DNA of 32,000 nt. Source: Erysipelothrix inopinata. GTDB lineage: Bacteria; Bacillota_I; Bacilli_A; Erysipelotrichales; Erysipelotrichaceae. The notes under the pieces are model-generated. The model was not told the DNA's origin. It saw only the letters and a program-made list of their open reading frames with translations, and searched no databases. The translations under genes were made by a program, and so were the position numbers. The stretch is taken from positions 690,001 to 722,000 of the forward strand of contig NZ_CP060715.1 of the NCBI RefSeq assembly GCF_014396165.1, in the 5' to 3' direction. Of the stretch, positions 11,022 to 20,596 are shown piece after piece. Numbering within the stretch: position 1 is the first letter of the stretch; every line of letters starts with the position of its first letter.

Positions 11022-11657
11022 ATGAACTATTCAGTCTTAATTGTTGCGGCAGGAAAAAAAGCAAGCGAAGGAGCAAGTTATGAAAAAGCACTTGCATCGT
11101 TTAATGATAAGAAGAGCGTATTGGCGCAAACAATTTCCATATTTTTGAATGATGACGCTTGTAAGCAAGTTGTCATTGTAGCAAGCTCTGCGGATTTAAG
11201 AAAAGTTGTCCTTGCAAATGAAAGTGGAAAAATTGTTTACGTCAAAGGTGGTAAAACTCGTCAAGAGAGTGTACTCATTGGATTAACAGCAATATCTGAA
11301 GATGTTGTGTTGATTCATGATGGTGTCCGTCCTTGGGTAAAACAATCCCTAATTAATCGTATTCTTAGTCGTATGGAAACTGAGCAAGCATGTGTTTTGG
11401 CAATCCAACCTAAAGCATCAATTCGCACAGTAAAAGACGGTTACCTCGAGACAGTTGTGGAGAAAGAATCAATTGTAATGACACAAACACCTCAAGCATA
11501 TAACACTTCACTCATTATAAATTGCTATCAAAAGGCAATTAAGCAAGGTTTGACCAATCTTGATGATGCTGAAATAGTTTCCCTTGTCTCTGATACTAAA
11601 ATTGCGGTAGAAAAAGGCGATATTCGAAATACACGATTTATTCTAAAAAATAATTAG
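11022..11657 (+). CDS. ispD: IspD/TarI-family cytidylyltransferase-like protein with a divergent N-terminal loop
   Basis: Family motifs GGKTRQESV, VLIHDGVRP and TQTPQAY are present. The N-terminal nucleotide-binding loop reads AAGKKASEG instead of AAGxGxRM. Confidence 0.7.
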   Translation: MNYSVLIVAAGKKASEGASYEKALASFNDKKSVLAQTISIFLNDDACKQVVIVASSADLRKVVLANESGKIVYVKGGKTRQESVLIGLTAISEDVVLIHDGVRPWVKQSLINRILSRMETEQACVLAIQPKASIRTVKDGYLETVVEKESIVMTQTPQAYNTSLIINCYQKAIKQGLTNLDDAEIVSLVSDTKIAVEKGDIRNTRFILKNN

Positions 11658-11698
11658 GGACTAAGTGAATGAGATCATAGTTTATAAAGATGTTATAG

Positions 11699-11727
11699 TT
11701 TACACTTTTGATTTCATTTGCTATAAT
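11699..11727 (+). promoter_or_regulatory. Sigma-A-type promoter of the rpsF-ssb-rpsR operon
   Basis: TTTACA (11699-11704), exact 17-nt spacer, then TATAAT (11722-11727). Confidence 0.7.
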
Positions 11728-11792
11728 GGTTCAGGATAAGAAATATAAATATCCTTGCCCTAAAGGGCCATAGACCAGAAGGAGGTGTACAG
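11728..11792 (+). promoter_or_regulatory. Structured rpsF 5' leader (candidate S6:S18 autoregulatory element)
   Basis: Two hairpins: aggata/tatcct (11733-11755) and gccc-taaa-gggc (11757-11768). They sit just upstream of the GGAGG RBS. Confidence 0.3.
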
Positions 11793-12086
11793 ATGCGTAA
11801 TTATGAATTAATGTACATCGTAAAACCAACATTGGACGAAGAAAGTCGCAAAGCTTTAATTGAAAAGCTACACGCTATCCTTACAGATAACGGTGCAACT
11901 ATCGATAAAGTCGATGAATGGGGATTACGTGAGTTAGCATACGAAATTAATGACTTTAAAAAAGGTTATTATGTGGTAACTACATTTACATCAGATGAAC
12001 AAGCTGTCAACGAATTCAATCGTTTAGCACGTATTAACCATGATGTTATTCGTCATATGATTGTTCGTTTAGACGAAATCAAATAA
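11793..12086 (+). CDS. rpsF: 30S ribosomal protein S6
   Basis: MRNYELMYIVKP... is the canonical S6 N-terminus. 97 aa. Confidence 0.96.
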   Translation: MRNYELMYIVKPTLDEESRKALIEKLHAILTDNGATIDKVDEWGLRELAYEINDFKKGYYVVTTFTSDEQAVNEFNRLARINHDVIRHMIVRLDEIK

Positions 12087-12099
12087 GGAGTGATGATTA

Positions 12100-12537
12100 A
12101 TGATTAATCGCACTATATTAGTGGGTCGTTTGACTCGAGACCCAGAACTTCGTAAAACTAATACTGGAAAATCAGTTGCCTCATTTACGCTTGCATGCAA
12201 TCGTAGATTTGGACAACAAGAACAAGCGGACTTTATCAATTGTGTTGCTTGGGAAAAAAGTGCTGAATTTCTTGCTAACTACTTATCAAAGGGTGCTTTA
12301 ATAAGTGTTGAAGGACGAATTCAATCGAGATCATATGAAGATGCTACTGGCAAACGTGTTTATGTTCAAGAAGTTGTTGCGGAAACAATACAATCTCTAG
12401 AATCAAAAGCGCAAAGTCAAAGAACGCAGGCTTCACAAGATAGTTTTCAACCATCTTATCAAGCTGATCCAGAACCATCATTCTCTGTGGATGATGAACC
12501 AGTTCTTGACATAACCAGTGACGATCTTCCATTCTAA
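12100..12537 (+). CDS. ssb: Single-stranded DNA-binding protein
   Basis: [20 protein letters not shown]-fold N-terminus, Gln/Pro/Ser-rich linker, and acidic tip DDLPF. Confidence 0.96.
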   Translation: MINRTILVGRLTRDPELRKTNTGKSVASFTLACNRRFGQQEQADFINCVAWEKSAEFLANYLSKGALISVEGRIQSRSYEDATGKRVYVQEVVAETIQSLESKAQSQRTQASQDSFQPSYQADPEPSFSVDDEPVLDITSDDLPF

Positions 12538-12555
12538 AAGAAAAGGAGTGCTAGT

Positions 12556-12789
12556 ATGTCATACAAAAAATTCCGTGGTCCACGTCGTAAAGTATGTTAT
12601 TTCACAAAAAATAATGTAAAAACGATTGACTACAAAGATGTGGAACTTTTAAAACGTTTCATCTCAGCAAATGGTAAAATTATTCCTAGACGTGTTACAG
12701 GTACTAAAGCTAAATACCAACGTCCATTAGCAACAGCTATTAAACGTGCACGCCAAATGGCATTGTTACCATACGTTTCAGATAATTAA
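12556..12789 (+). CDS. rpsR: 30S ribosomal protein S18
   Basis: RRKVCYFT...IDYKD..LLKRFIS..GKI.PRR.TG motif. 77 aa. Confidence 0.96.
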   Translation: MSYKKFRGPRRKVCYFTKNNVKTIDYKDVELLKRFISANGKIIPRRVTGTKAKYQRPLATAIKRARQMALLPYVSDN

Positions 12790-12799
12790 TTTTTAAAAT

Positions 12800-12830
12800 A
12801 TCCTCTCCTTGTGAGAGGATTTTACTTTTA
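12800..12830 (+). terminator. Rho-independent terminator after rpsR
   Basis: Stem atcctctc / gagaggat with loop cttgt, followed by tttactttta. Confidence 0.8.
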
Positions 12831-12846
12831 TAGGAAGGGTCTTAAA

Positions 12847-13398
12847 ATGAAAAATACGCGAAGTATTACTTCGGGAGCCATGACAGTGGCATTAACTGGA
12901 ATCATCTTGTTTTTAGATCGAATAACTGTGGGTTTGTTTATGTCGTTTTTAGGAATTCCATTGATGGTGTATGGATATTTCTTTACATTTAATGAGAGCA
13001 TTATTGTTTATATAAGTATCGTATTGCTTTCGGTCATCGTGTCGGGAATGTTGCCGACGGTTGTGATGATGGCGGGGTATGGATTAGTAGGGTTATCTTT
13101 TATTTGGGCTAAGGAGAAAGGCTTAAGTACGAAGAAATTACTAACAGTTATGGGGATTGTACTGGGATTTGTGTATATAATAATGGTTTTATTTTTCGGG
13201 GAATATTTTGGTTTCTCAATTGGTGTCGCTACTGAAGCAGTGAGATCTTTTCTTGAAACCTTTGGAATTAATGCGACTTGGGGAGTCGACTTGGTTGCTT
13301 ATTTACTTTTATTTGTAACCTATCTTATGGAGTTATTTGTGATTTATATGTGTGGGAATCTTATTATTAATATGCTTTCCAAACATAAGAAGTCATAA
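12847..13398 (+). CDS. Polytopic membrane protein, YybS/DUF2232-like
   Basis: Multi-TM hydrophobic ORF located directly upstream of gdpP, as yybS is in Bacillus. I prefer the ATG at 12847 because the GTG at 12811 lies inside the rpsR terminator. Confidence 0.6.
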   Translation: MKNTRSITSGAMTVALTGIILFLDRITVGLFMSFLGIPLMVYGYFFTFNESIIVYISIVLLSVIVSGMLPTVVMMAGYGLVGLSFIWAKEKGLSTKKLLTVMGIVLGFVYIIMVLFFGEYFGFSIGVATEAVRSFLETFGINATWGVDLVAYLLLFVTYLMELFVIYMCGNLIINMLSKHKKS

Positions 13399-13464
13399 AG
13401 GATGAAAATAGAAACTCAGTTGATTTTATGGTAAAATTACAGTTGAAAACCATGGAGGCTTACT

Positions 13465-15420
13465 ATGACTAAAAAGTTTGAAACTATGAAGACTCGATTA
13501 ATGGCTTTAATATTTGTTGAACTCGTATTACTTGTTCTATTTCACTTCGCCTTCAACAAATATTTATACATTGTTCAATATATTCTAATACTAATAAATA
13601 TTGCGGCTATTTGTATTATGTTCTACTACATTATTAAAACACATAAGAGCCGAGTTCTTGAAGTATCCCAGTTACTGGGAACTGAAGCAAGAGACGCATT
13701 TGATTATGGTAAAATCGGAATTATTACATTAGATAGTGATAATACAATCAGTTGGATGAGTGAGATTTTTGATGAATTAGGAATTGAGGGCATTGGTGAA
13801 AAACTCGTGGATGTCTTTCCAAGTTCTGAAGGTGTTTTGGATGGTAATAAAGATTTCGCAACCGTGACCATTAAGGGTAATAATTATGAAATCACATCAA
13901 TGGGACACAAGCAAATTATGTTTGTTAAGGATATTACTGAACTTACTGAACTTGAAAGAGTAAACCGATTAAATTCAGTTGTACTTGGAATTGCTAATCT
14001 GGATAACTATGAAGAGACGACGCAATATGAGGAAGAACAGCAAACAGCATTAATTGATTCGAATATTCGACAAGCTGTTGTTCGTTGGGCAGATAAACAT
14101 AATATGTTTATTCGTCGTATTAGACCAGATCGTTATTTATTAGTAATGAATGAGGAGATTTACCAAAATATAGTCTCTGAACGATACTCAATATTACATG
14201 AAATTCGTAAACAATCTCGTGAGATGGATGTAAATATCACATTGTCATTAGCTTTTGCAAGACAGTCTACAAACCTTAAGGAACTAGAAGATATGTCTAA
14301 CAAGGCTTTAGAGATGGCTCAGGCGCGTGGTGGAGACCAAGTGGCAATCAACACTAAGGGATCAGATATTACCTATTTTGGTGGTAGTTCTGAGGCTGTG
14401 GAGAAACGTTCGAAAGTTCGTGTTCGTGTTGTTGCGCAGGATTTAGGTAACCGAATAAAGCAAGCAGACAATGTAATCATTGTGGGTCATCGCATGACTG
14501 ACTTTGACTGTTTTGCCTCAGCTCTAGGAGTGTCTTCAATAGTTGATGTTTATGGTAAAAAGGCTCATATCGTAATCAATCTGGAAGATACGGATTCTAA
14601 CCTAGCAAGTGCCATTACTGAACACCGTGAAAGCTTTGAACCAAAACACAGTTTTATTGATAAAAATGAAGCAAAATCAATGATGGGTGATAATACACTC
14701 GTAATTATGGTGGATCACCATAGTCTTGAACAAACACAGACTCCAGAGTTGATTCATAAAGCAAAACGTATCATTGTAATCGATCACCATAGACGAACCG
14801 GTGAATTTAAGTTCAAGCCTGAACTTATCTATATTGAATCTTCAGCTTCTTCCGCAAGTGAATTGGTTGTTGAGTTGTTCCCATACCATCGTAAGAATGT
14901 TGTCATCTCAAAACAAGAAGCAACGTTTATGTATACGGGTATGATTATTGATACAAACAGATTTAGAAATAGATCGGGAAGCCGTACTTTCCAAGCTGCA
15001 GCAGAACTTAGAAAATTTGGTGCTGACTTGGCACAAGTTGAAAATATGCTTCGAGACGATTATGTAGACTTTGAAATGAGAAATAAAATTTTAAGTCGCT
15101 GTGAACTCTTTGAAGATCATTACGTTATCGCTGCATATAAAGATGAACCATTACCAAGAACCTTAATGTCGCAAGCTGCTGATGAAATATTATCGGTACG
15201 TGAAGTGGAAGCATCATTTGTGGTCGCTTCTGTAGATGATGATACAATTGCTATCTCATCAAGATCTAAAGGTGATCTTAATGTTCAGTTAGTTATGGAA
15301 AGATTGGGTGGTGGCGGTCACTTTACTGGAGCTGCTACAGTTATTAAAAACAAATCATTTAATGAAATTACAGAAATGCTAAAAGAAGCCATCGTTGATG
15401 TGCGAAAGGAAAGTGAATAA
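13465..15420 (+). CDS. gdpP: Cyclic-di-AMP phosphodiesterase GdpP (YybT family)
   Basis: Two N-terminal TM helices, a PAS-like region, a degenerate GGDEF (ARGGDQV), DHH motifs (MVDHH, VIDHHRR) and DHHA1 GGGGH. GGAGG RBS. Confidence 0.9.
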   Translation: MTKKFETMKTRLMALIFVELVLLVLFHFAFNKYLYIVQYILILINIAAICIMFYYIIKTHKSRVLEVSQLLGTEARDAFDYGKIGIITLDSDNTISWMSEIFDELGIEGIGEKLVDVFPSSEGVLDGNKDFATVTIKGNNYEITSMGHKQIMFVKDITELTELERVNRLNSVVLGIANLDNYEETTQYEEEQQTALIDSNIRQAVVRWADKHNMFIRRIRPDRYLLVMNEEIYQNIVSERYSILHEIRKQSREMDVNITLSLAFARQSTNLKELEDMSNKALEMAQARGGDQVAINTKGSDITYFGGSSEAVEKRSKVRVRVVAQDLGNRIKQADNVIIVGHRMTDFDCFASALGVSSIVDVYGKKAHIVINLEDTDSNLASAITEHRESFEPKHSFIDKNEAKSMMGDNTLVIMVDHHSLEQTQTPELIHKAKRIIVIDHHRRTGEFKFKPELIYIESSASSASELVVELFPYHRKNVVISKQEATFMYTGMIIDTNRFRNRSGSRTFQAAAELRKFGADLAQVENMLRDDYVDFEMRNKILSRCELFEDHYVIAAYKDEPLPRTLMSQAADEILSVREVEASFVVASVDDDTIAISSRSKGDLNVQLVMERLGGGGHFTGAATVIKNKSFNEITEMLKEAIVDVRKESE

Positions 15421-15421
15421 T

Positions 15422-15871
15422 ATGAAAGTTATCTTACTACAAAATGTTAAAAAAATTGGTAAAAAAGATGAAATTGTTGATGTTGCGGATGGATATGCAC
15501 GTAACTTCTTGATTCCTAACAAACTTGCGGTTATGGCAAGTGATAAAAGTCGTGAAATTCTAGAAGATCAAAAAATTGAACGACAAGAAGAAGTTGCGCT
15601 TGAAATTGAAAAAGCAAAAGAAGTTGCGAAACAACTCGAAGGAATTACTCTTGAATTCTCAATTAAAGCTGGAAAAGATGGTCGTATCTTTGGATCTGTC
15701 TCAACCAAGCAAATCGAACAAGAATTAAAGAAAGAACATGATATTATCGTTGATAAACGTAAGTTTACACCATCAACTCCAATTTCTCATCTTGGAACTT
15801 CGCGAATTAAAGTCGTAATTTATGGTGAAGTTGTTGGTGAAATTAAAGTACACGTTAGTGCGAAGGAATAG
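15422..15871 (+). CDS. rplI: 50S ribosomal protein L9
   Basis: MKVILLQNVKKIGKKDEIVDVADGYARNFLIP is the canonical L9 N-terminus. The ATG at 15422 lies 1 nt after the gdpP stop. Confidence 0.96.
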   Translation: MKVILLQNVKKIGKKDEIVDVADGYARNFLIPNKLAVMASDKSREILEDQKIERQEEVALEIEKAKEVAKQLEGITLEFSIKAGKDGRIFGSVSTKQIEQELKKEHDIIVDKRKFTPSTPISHLGTSRIKVVIYGEVVGEIKVHVSAKE

Positions 15872-15879
15872 GTGTCGTA

Positions 15880-17244
15880 ATGCGAAAGTTGCCATATAGT
15901 CAAGATGCAGAAATGGCACTTTTAGGAACCTTGATGGTTTTCCCTGAAAGTGTTCATGCTGTTCAAGAATACAATCTACAAGTAGATGATTTTTATAATA
16001 CGGAACATCAACGTATTTTTTCTCACATGCTCGAAATTATTGAAACAGGACGTATACTAGATGCAACAACGTTGATTTCGCGAATGAAGGATCATAATGA
16101 AATCGATTCAGTAGGCGGGATGGATTACCTATTCAGTCTAACTCAAAACTCTGCTGCCCCAGTGAGTCTCAAACACTACATTGAAGTTGTTCAAGAAAAG
16201 GCACAGATACGTCGTTTAATCGCAGTAGGACAAATGATTTCTGAAAAGGGGTTCGATACATCTACAAATTTAGATGCACTTCTCGACCTTGCGGAATCAT
16301 CCGTCCTTGAAGTGACACGCGTGCGTAGAACTGAAGACATGCAAAAGAGTAAAGATGTTGTAGCGGAGTTCTTGGAAAATCTTCGCAGAATTCAAGAAAA
16401 CAAAGACCGGATTACGGGTCTAAAAACAGGTTACAACAGTCTCAACTCGTTGATGAATGGATTACAACGTGGGGACTTAATAATCCTTGCTGCGAGACCA
16501 TCTGTAGGGAAAACAGCGTTTGCGCTTAACTTAGGACTTAATGTAGCGCGTCATAATGATTCGGGTAAAGCCGGAGTCGCTATATTCTCACTTGAGATGC
16601 CTGCAACACATTTGATGAGTCGTATGATTGCTGCTCAATCGTCTGTAAAATCTGAGTTTCTTAAAACGGGATATTTGAATGATGATCAATCCAATCAGCT
16701 TCATATGGCTGCCGGTGTTTTATCTCAGACAAATATATTTATCGATGATAGTTCTACAGTTACCATTCCTGAAATATTCTCCAAGTGTCGGAAGTTGAAA
16801 GCTGAAGGAACATTAGACTTAATAATCATTGACTATATCCAACTTATTTCTGGACGCGGGAATACAGAAAGTCGTCAACAAGAAGTTTCGGAAATCTCAC
16901 GTGGCCTTAAACAATTAGCCCGTGAAATGAATGTACCGGTTATTGCTCTATCGCAATTATCCCGTAATGTTGAAAAACGTGACGTAAAGATTCCACAGTT
17001 AAGTGACTTGCGTGAATCAGGGTCTATTGAGCAAGATGCCGATATTGTTATGTTTCTGTATCGTGAAGAATATTACAATCGAAACAATGAAGATAATGAT
17101 GAACCCAAACCACAACAAAATGATGACGGAACTCAAGAGGTTCTCGTAAAAATTGCTAAGCATCGACAAGGTGCGTTAGCGGATGTATATATGAGATTTG
17201 ATCCAACTATTAGTAAATTTTATGATGTTGCTAATGAAAGGTAG
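15880..17244 (+). CDS. dnaB: Replicative DNA helicase (DnaB family; DnaC in B. subtilis nomenclature)
   Basis: N-terminal LPYSQDAE..LLG motif, Walker A ARPSVGKTAF, Walker B LIIIDYIQL, and IALSQLSR. Confidence 0.96.
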   Translation: MRKLPYSQDAEMALLGTLMVFPESVHAVQEYNLQVDDFYNTEHQRIFSHMLEIIETGRILDATTLISRMKDHNEIDSVGGMDYLFSLTQNSAAPVSLKHYIEVVQEKAQIRRLIAVGQMISEKGFDTSTNLDALLDLAESSVLEVTRVRRTEDMQKSKDVVAEFLENLRRIQENKDRITGLKTGYNSLNSLMNGLQRGDLIILAARPSVGKTAFALNLGLNVARHNDSGKAGVAIFSLEMPATHLMSRMIAAQSSVKSEFLKTGYLNDDQSNQLHMAAGVLSQTNIFIDDSSTVTIPEIFSKCRKLKAEGTLDLIIIDYIQLISGRGNTESRQQEVSEISRGLKQLAREMNVPVIALSQLSRNVEKRDVKIPQLSDLRESGSIEQDADIVMFLYREEYYNRNNEDNDEPKPQQNDDGTQEVLVKIAKHRQGALADVYMRFDPTISKFYDVANER

Positions 17245-17253
17245 GTGTTTAAG

Positions 17254-18768
17254 ATGAAGAAAAATTTAATCGTAATTTTAGCGGCTCTTGTAGTCAGTAT
17301 TGGTTTAGGATTTGCATTGAAAAATGTCTCTGCTGCGCAAGAAGTTAAAACAATGTTTGAAATGACGGATGCTTCAATGGCATTGTTCCCGCAAAAAGTA
17401 ATAAGTACAGGGAAGACGCCTCATGAGGTTACAAAACTTTATCGAGGAAAAGATCTTGTTGGTATTGTAAGTGATGAAAGTCGTCTGGATGCGCTTGTTG
17501 AAGAAGTGTATGAAAAAGAATATCAAGATGATTACCCCGGGTCGAAATTAGGGTTTAAAGATGATCTTTATCAAACAAACGAACTAACCTACAATGTATA
17601 CGAAAATAAAGATGCTGAGATTTTTGACTATATCCACAAAGAAAATCTATTTGCAATTGAAACCAATCGTATTGAATTTAAAAACGGTGCTGTAATTTAT
17701 GTAAAGAATATGGAAGACTTTAAGAAAGCTCAAGAAAGTTTTGTTAAGAACTTTATATCTGATAGTGCTTATGATGCTTTAAAAAATAACAAAGCAATTC
17801 CTGCTCTTGTCGACTATGGAACACGAGAAGTAGGGCTTGAAGTTAAAGAAGGTAATGAGATTGAAAGTTTGAAGATATCTAAAGGGCTTGCTTCGAAAGA
17901 AAAAATCTATCAAAGTGAAGCAGATATTCTTACATTCTTAAGTTACGGATTTGAACCAGAACTTAAAACATATGTTGTTGAAAAATATGAAAATCTTGAT
18001 GGAGTTGGTTGGAAACACGGTATGACGGCTCAACAAATTGCGTCAATTAACCGTGATAAAATCAAATCTGTGGATCAAGCTATCTATGAAGGATTGGAAC
18101 TTAACGTAAGTGAGTTCAATTCACCTTTTAATGTTGAGGTTGTAAAAGAGACGCTCACATCAGAAGTTGTATATCCAGATCAAACAATTTATCAAGAAGA
18201 TCCGACTCTCACTGAAGGTAAGGAAGTTGTTGAAGTTGTTGAACAAAATGGTTCTAAGGATGTTGTTTATCAGGAAACGTTTGTAAACGGTAAAGCCGTA
18301 GCATCCAAAGATGTTTCGTCCAAAGTTATCATTGAACCTGTCCGTGGTGTCGTTCGATATGGTACTAAAGTTGAACCTAAAGTAGGTAGTGGTAAATTTA
18401 GATGGCCAATTAATGGTGGTGCTGTACTCTGTGGGTATGGATGCTATAGCGGCCATCAAGGTGTTGATTTCCATTATCCAGGTGGTGGTTATGGACCAAT
18501 CTACTCAGTAGACCGAGGCGTAGTTGTAACAAATTCATACAACCCAGGCGGTTGGGGTAACTATATTGTTATTGACCATCAAAATGGATATCGATCACTT
18601 TACGCCCATATGATGACCCCAGGTTATTTCCAACCAGGACAAACAGTAGCAAAAGGTGATAATATCGGTACAATTGGGATGACTGGTCGAACTACTGCAC
18701 CACATATTCATCTTGAAATATATTCGGGTGGTTCCAAGATTAACCCATGTACCGTGGTAGGTTGTTAA
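17254..18768 (+). CDS. Membrane-anchored/secreted M23 (LytM-type) metallopeptidase with a G5 domain
   Basis: N-terminal hydrophobic anchor KKNLIVILAALVVSIGLGFAL. G5-like segment (...YPDQTIYQEDPTLTEGKEVVEVVEQNGSKDVVYQETFVNGK...VRYGTK). M23 motifs HQGVD (HxxxD) and PHIHLE (HxH). Confidence 0.85.
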   Translation: MKKNLIVILAALVVSIGLGFALKNVSAAQEVKTMFEMTDASMALFPQKVISTGKTPHEVTKLYRGKDLVGIVSDESRLDALVEEVYEKEYQDDYPGSKLGFKDDLYQTNELTYNVYENKDAEIFDYIHKENLFAIETNRIEFKNGAVIYVKNMEDFKKAQESFVKNFISDSAYDALKNNKAIPALVDYGTREVGLEVKEGNEIESLKISKGLASKEKIYQSEADILTFLSYGFEPELKTYVVEKYENLDGVGWKHGMTAQQIASINRDKIKSVDQAIYEGLELNVSEFNSPFNVEVVKETLTSEVVYPDQTIYQEDPTLTEGKEVVEVVEQNGSKDVVYQETFVNGKAVASKDVSSKVIIEPVRGVVRYGTKVEPKVGSGKFRWPINGGAVLCGYGCYSGHQGVDFHYPGGGYGPIYSVDRGVVVTNSYNPGGWGNYIVIDHQNGYRSLYAHMMTPGYFQPGQTVAKGDNIGTIGMTGRTTAPHIHLEIYSGGSKINPCTVVGC

Positions 18769-19491
18769 ATGAAGTATACTATTTTAGCTAGTGGCTCGAA
18801 AGGAAATGCTTGTATTGTTGAATCGCAAGGAGTTAGACTCATGATTGATTGCGGGACAACTAAAAAGTATTTAACACAAAGATTTGCGGAAATTGACATG
18901 AACTTTAGTGATATTGATGCATTGTTAATTACCCATGATCATACTGACCATACCAGTCAGGTGAAGCATTTCCAAGAAAGCACATTATTCAGCCCGAGTA
19001 TATTAAATTGGGAATATCAACACGTAATTCCCTACGAATCGTTCAAATTTGCACATTTTGACATCTTTCCCATAAAGACGTCACATGATGTTCAAGATTC
19101 TGTGGGATATATTATATGTGATGGTTACGAAACACTAGTGTATATTACCGATACCGGATACATTCGTGATTATGATTTGCAGTTTCTCAAGGGTGCTGAT
19201 TACTACATTCTTGAGAGCAATCATGACCCAGAGCTTTTGATGCAAACGCGAAGACCTTATTCGATCAAACGTCGGATATTGTCAGATACTGGTCACTTGT
19301 CGAATGAAGAGGCAGGACTGGTATTGTCAAAAATTGTAGATGCAAATACAAAGGAGATTGTTCTTGCTCACATGAGTGAAGAAGCGAATGAAGTGGCGTT
19401 GGCGTTGTCGACAGTTCAAGAACTTGTTGATAATGAACACATAGATTTTAATGTAGCCAAACAGTTTGAACTTATGTTTGGAGGAAATTAA
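18769..19491 (+). CDS. walJ: Metallo-beta-lactamase-fold protein, WalJ/YycJ-like
   Basis: HDHTDH metal-binding motif (HxHxDH). Its size (240 aa) and position upstream of htrA-like and rlmH match yycJ in Bacillus and Staphylococcus. Confidence 0.75.
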   Translation: MKYTILASGSKGNACIVESQGVRLMIDCGTTKKYLTQRFAEIDMNFSDIDALLITHDHTDHTSQVKHFQESTLFSPSILNWEYQHVIPYESFKFAHFDIFPIKTSHDVQDSVGYIICDGYETLVYITDTGYIRDYDLQFLKGADYYILESNHDPELLMQTRRPYSIKRRILSDTGHLSNEEAGLVLSKIVDANTKEIVLAHMSEEANEVALALSTVQELVDNEHIDFNVAKQFELMFGGN

Positions 19492-19492
19492 A

Positions 19493-20596
19493 ATGAAAAG
19501 TGATCAAGGATTTAAAAGAACATTTCTAGGAATAATGGTAATGCTTCTGTTATGGAATGGCTTTCTAACATACCGCTTATGGGAAGTTAGTGAAAAGAAA
19601 GGTTCTCAATCATCGGATTCTGGTGATAAAGTGGTTGAAAAAGTCGTAACTGAGTTTGATACCAATGTCACAGATGTTGTAGACAAGTCGCAAAACAAAG
19701 TTGTGAGTGTAATTAATGAACAACAAGGTCAAGTTGCGGGTAGTGGATCTGGGGTTGTTTATAAAAATGAATCTGGAGTGGTGAAGATTATTACGAATCA
19801 TCATGTTGTTGATAAAGGAACTAAATTCATTGTTCGTTTCGCAAATGGTGAAGAACATGAAGCTCAACTACTCGGCTCAGACCCTTACACAGACCTTGCT
19901 CTCTTAGAAATTAAAGCAGACTTAGATATTGAACCGTTTAAAATGGGAGATTCTTCCTTAACGAAAGTTGGGGAATTCTCGGTAGCGATTGGTAGTCCTG
20001 TAGGACTTGAATTTGCGAATTCAGTTACATTTGGTATTATTTCAGGAAAAGATCGTGTTGTTCCAGTAGATTTAAATGGTGATGGTGTTTCAGATTGGGA
20101 TATGGTCGTGCTCCAAACGGATGCTGCTATCAATCCTGGTAATAGTGGTGGTGCTCTTGTTAATATGGCGGGAGAACTCATTGGTATTAATTCCATGAAA
20201 CTGTCGTCAGCTCAGATTGAAGGAATGGGATTCTCGATTCCTATTAATGAAGTAATTCCAATTATTAATCAAATTGAAGAAAATGGAAAAGTAACATATC
20301 CGATTTTAGGTATCTCAGCAGTTTCGGTGCAAGATCTGAATCCTTTCCAAAGAAACTATTATCAAATACCACAATCAATTCAATCGGGTGTGTATATTGC
20401 TGAATTAACTCAAAATGGCCCAGCTAAAAAAGCAGGAATCAAAGAAGGTGATATTCTAACGGAATTTGATGGAGATACAATGTCCAGTTTCAAAGATTTT
20501 AGAAGAAAACTTTACGGTAAAAAGGTTGGCGATAAAGTTAATCTGAAATTGGCACGTGGTAGTGAAACATATGAAGTAGAGGTTGTCCTTGAATGA
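19493..20596 (+). CDS. htrA: HtrA/DegP-family serine protease with an N-terminal TM anchor and a C-terminal PDZ domain
   Basis: Catalytic His (ITNHHVV), Asp (TDLALLEI) and Ser (GNSGGALV). PDZ segment GVYIAELTQNGPAKKAGIKEGDIL. ATG at 19493 with a GGAGGA RBS. Confidence 0.9.
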   Translation: MKSDQGFKRTFLGIMVMLLLWNGFLTYRLWEVSEKKGSQSSDSGDKVVEKVVTEFDTNVTDVVDKSQNKVVSVINEQQGQVAGSGSGVVYKNESGVVKIITNHHVVDKGTKFIVRFANGEEHEAQLLGSDPYTDLALLEIKADLDIEPFKMGDSSLTKVGEFSVAIGSPVGLEFANSVTFGIISGKDRVVPVDLNGDGVSDWDMVVLQTDAAINPGNSGGALVNMAGELIGINSMKLSSAQIEGMGFSIPINEVIPIINQIEENGKVTYPILGISAVSVQDLNPFQRNYYQIPQSIQSGVYIAELTQNGPAKKAGIKEGDILTEFDGDTMSSFKDFRRKLYGKKVGDKVNLKLARGSETYEVEVVLE

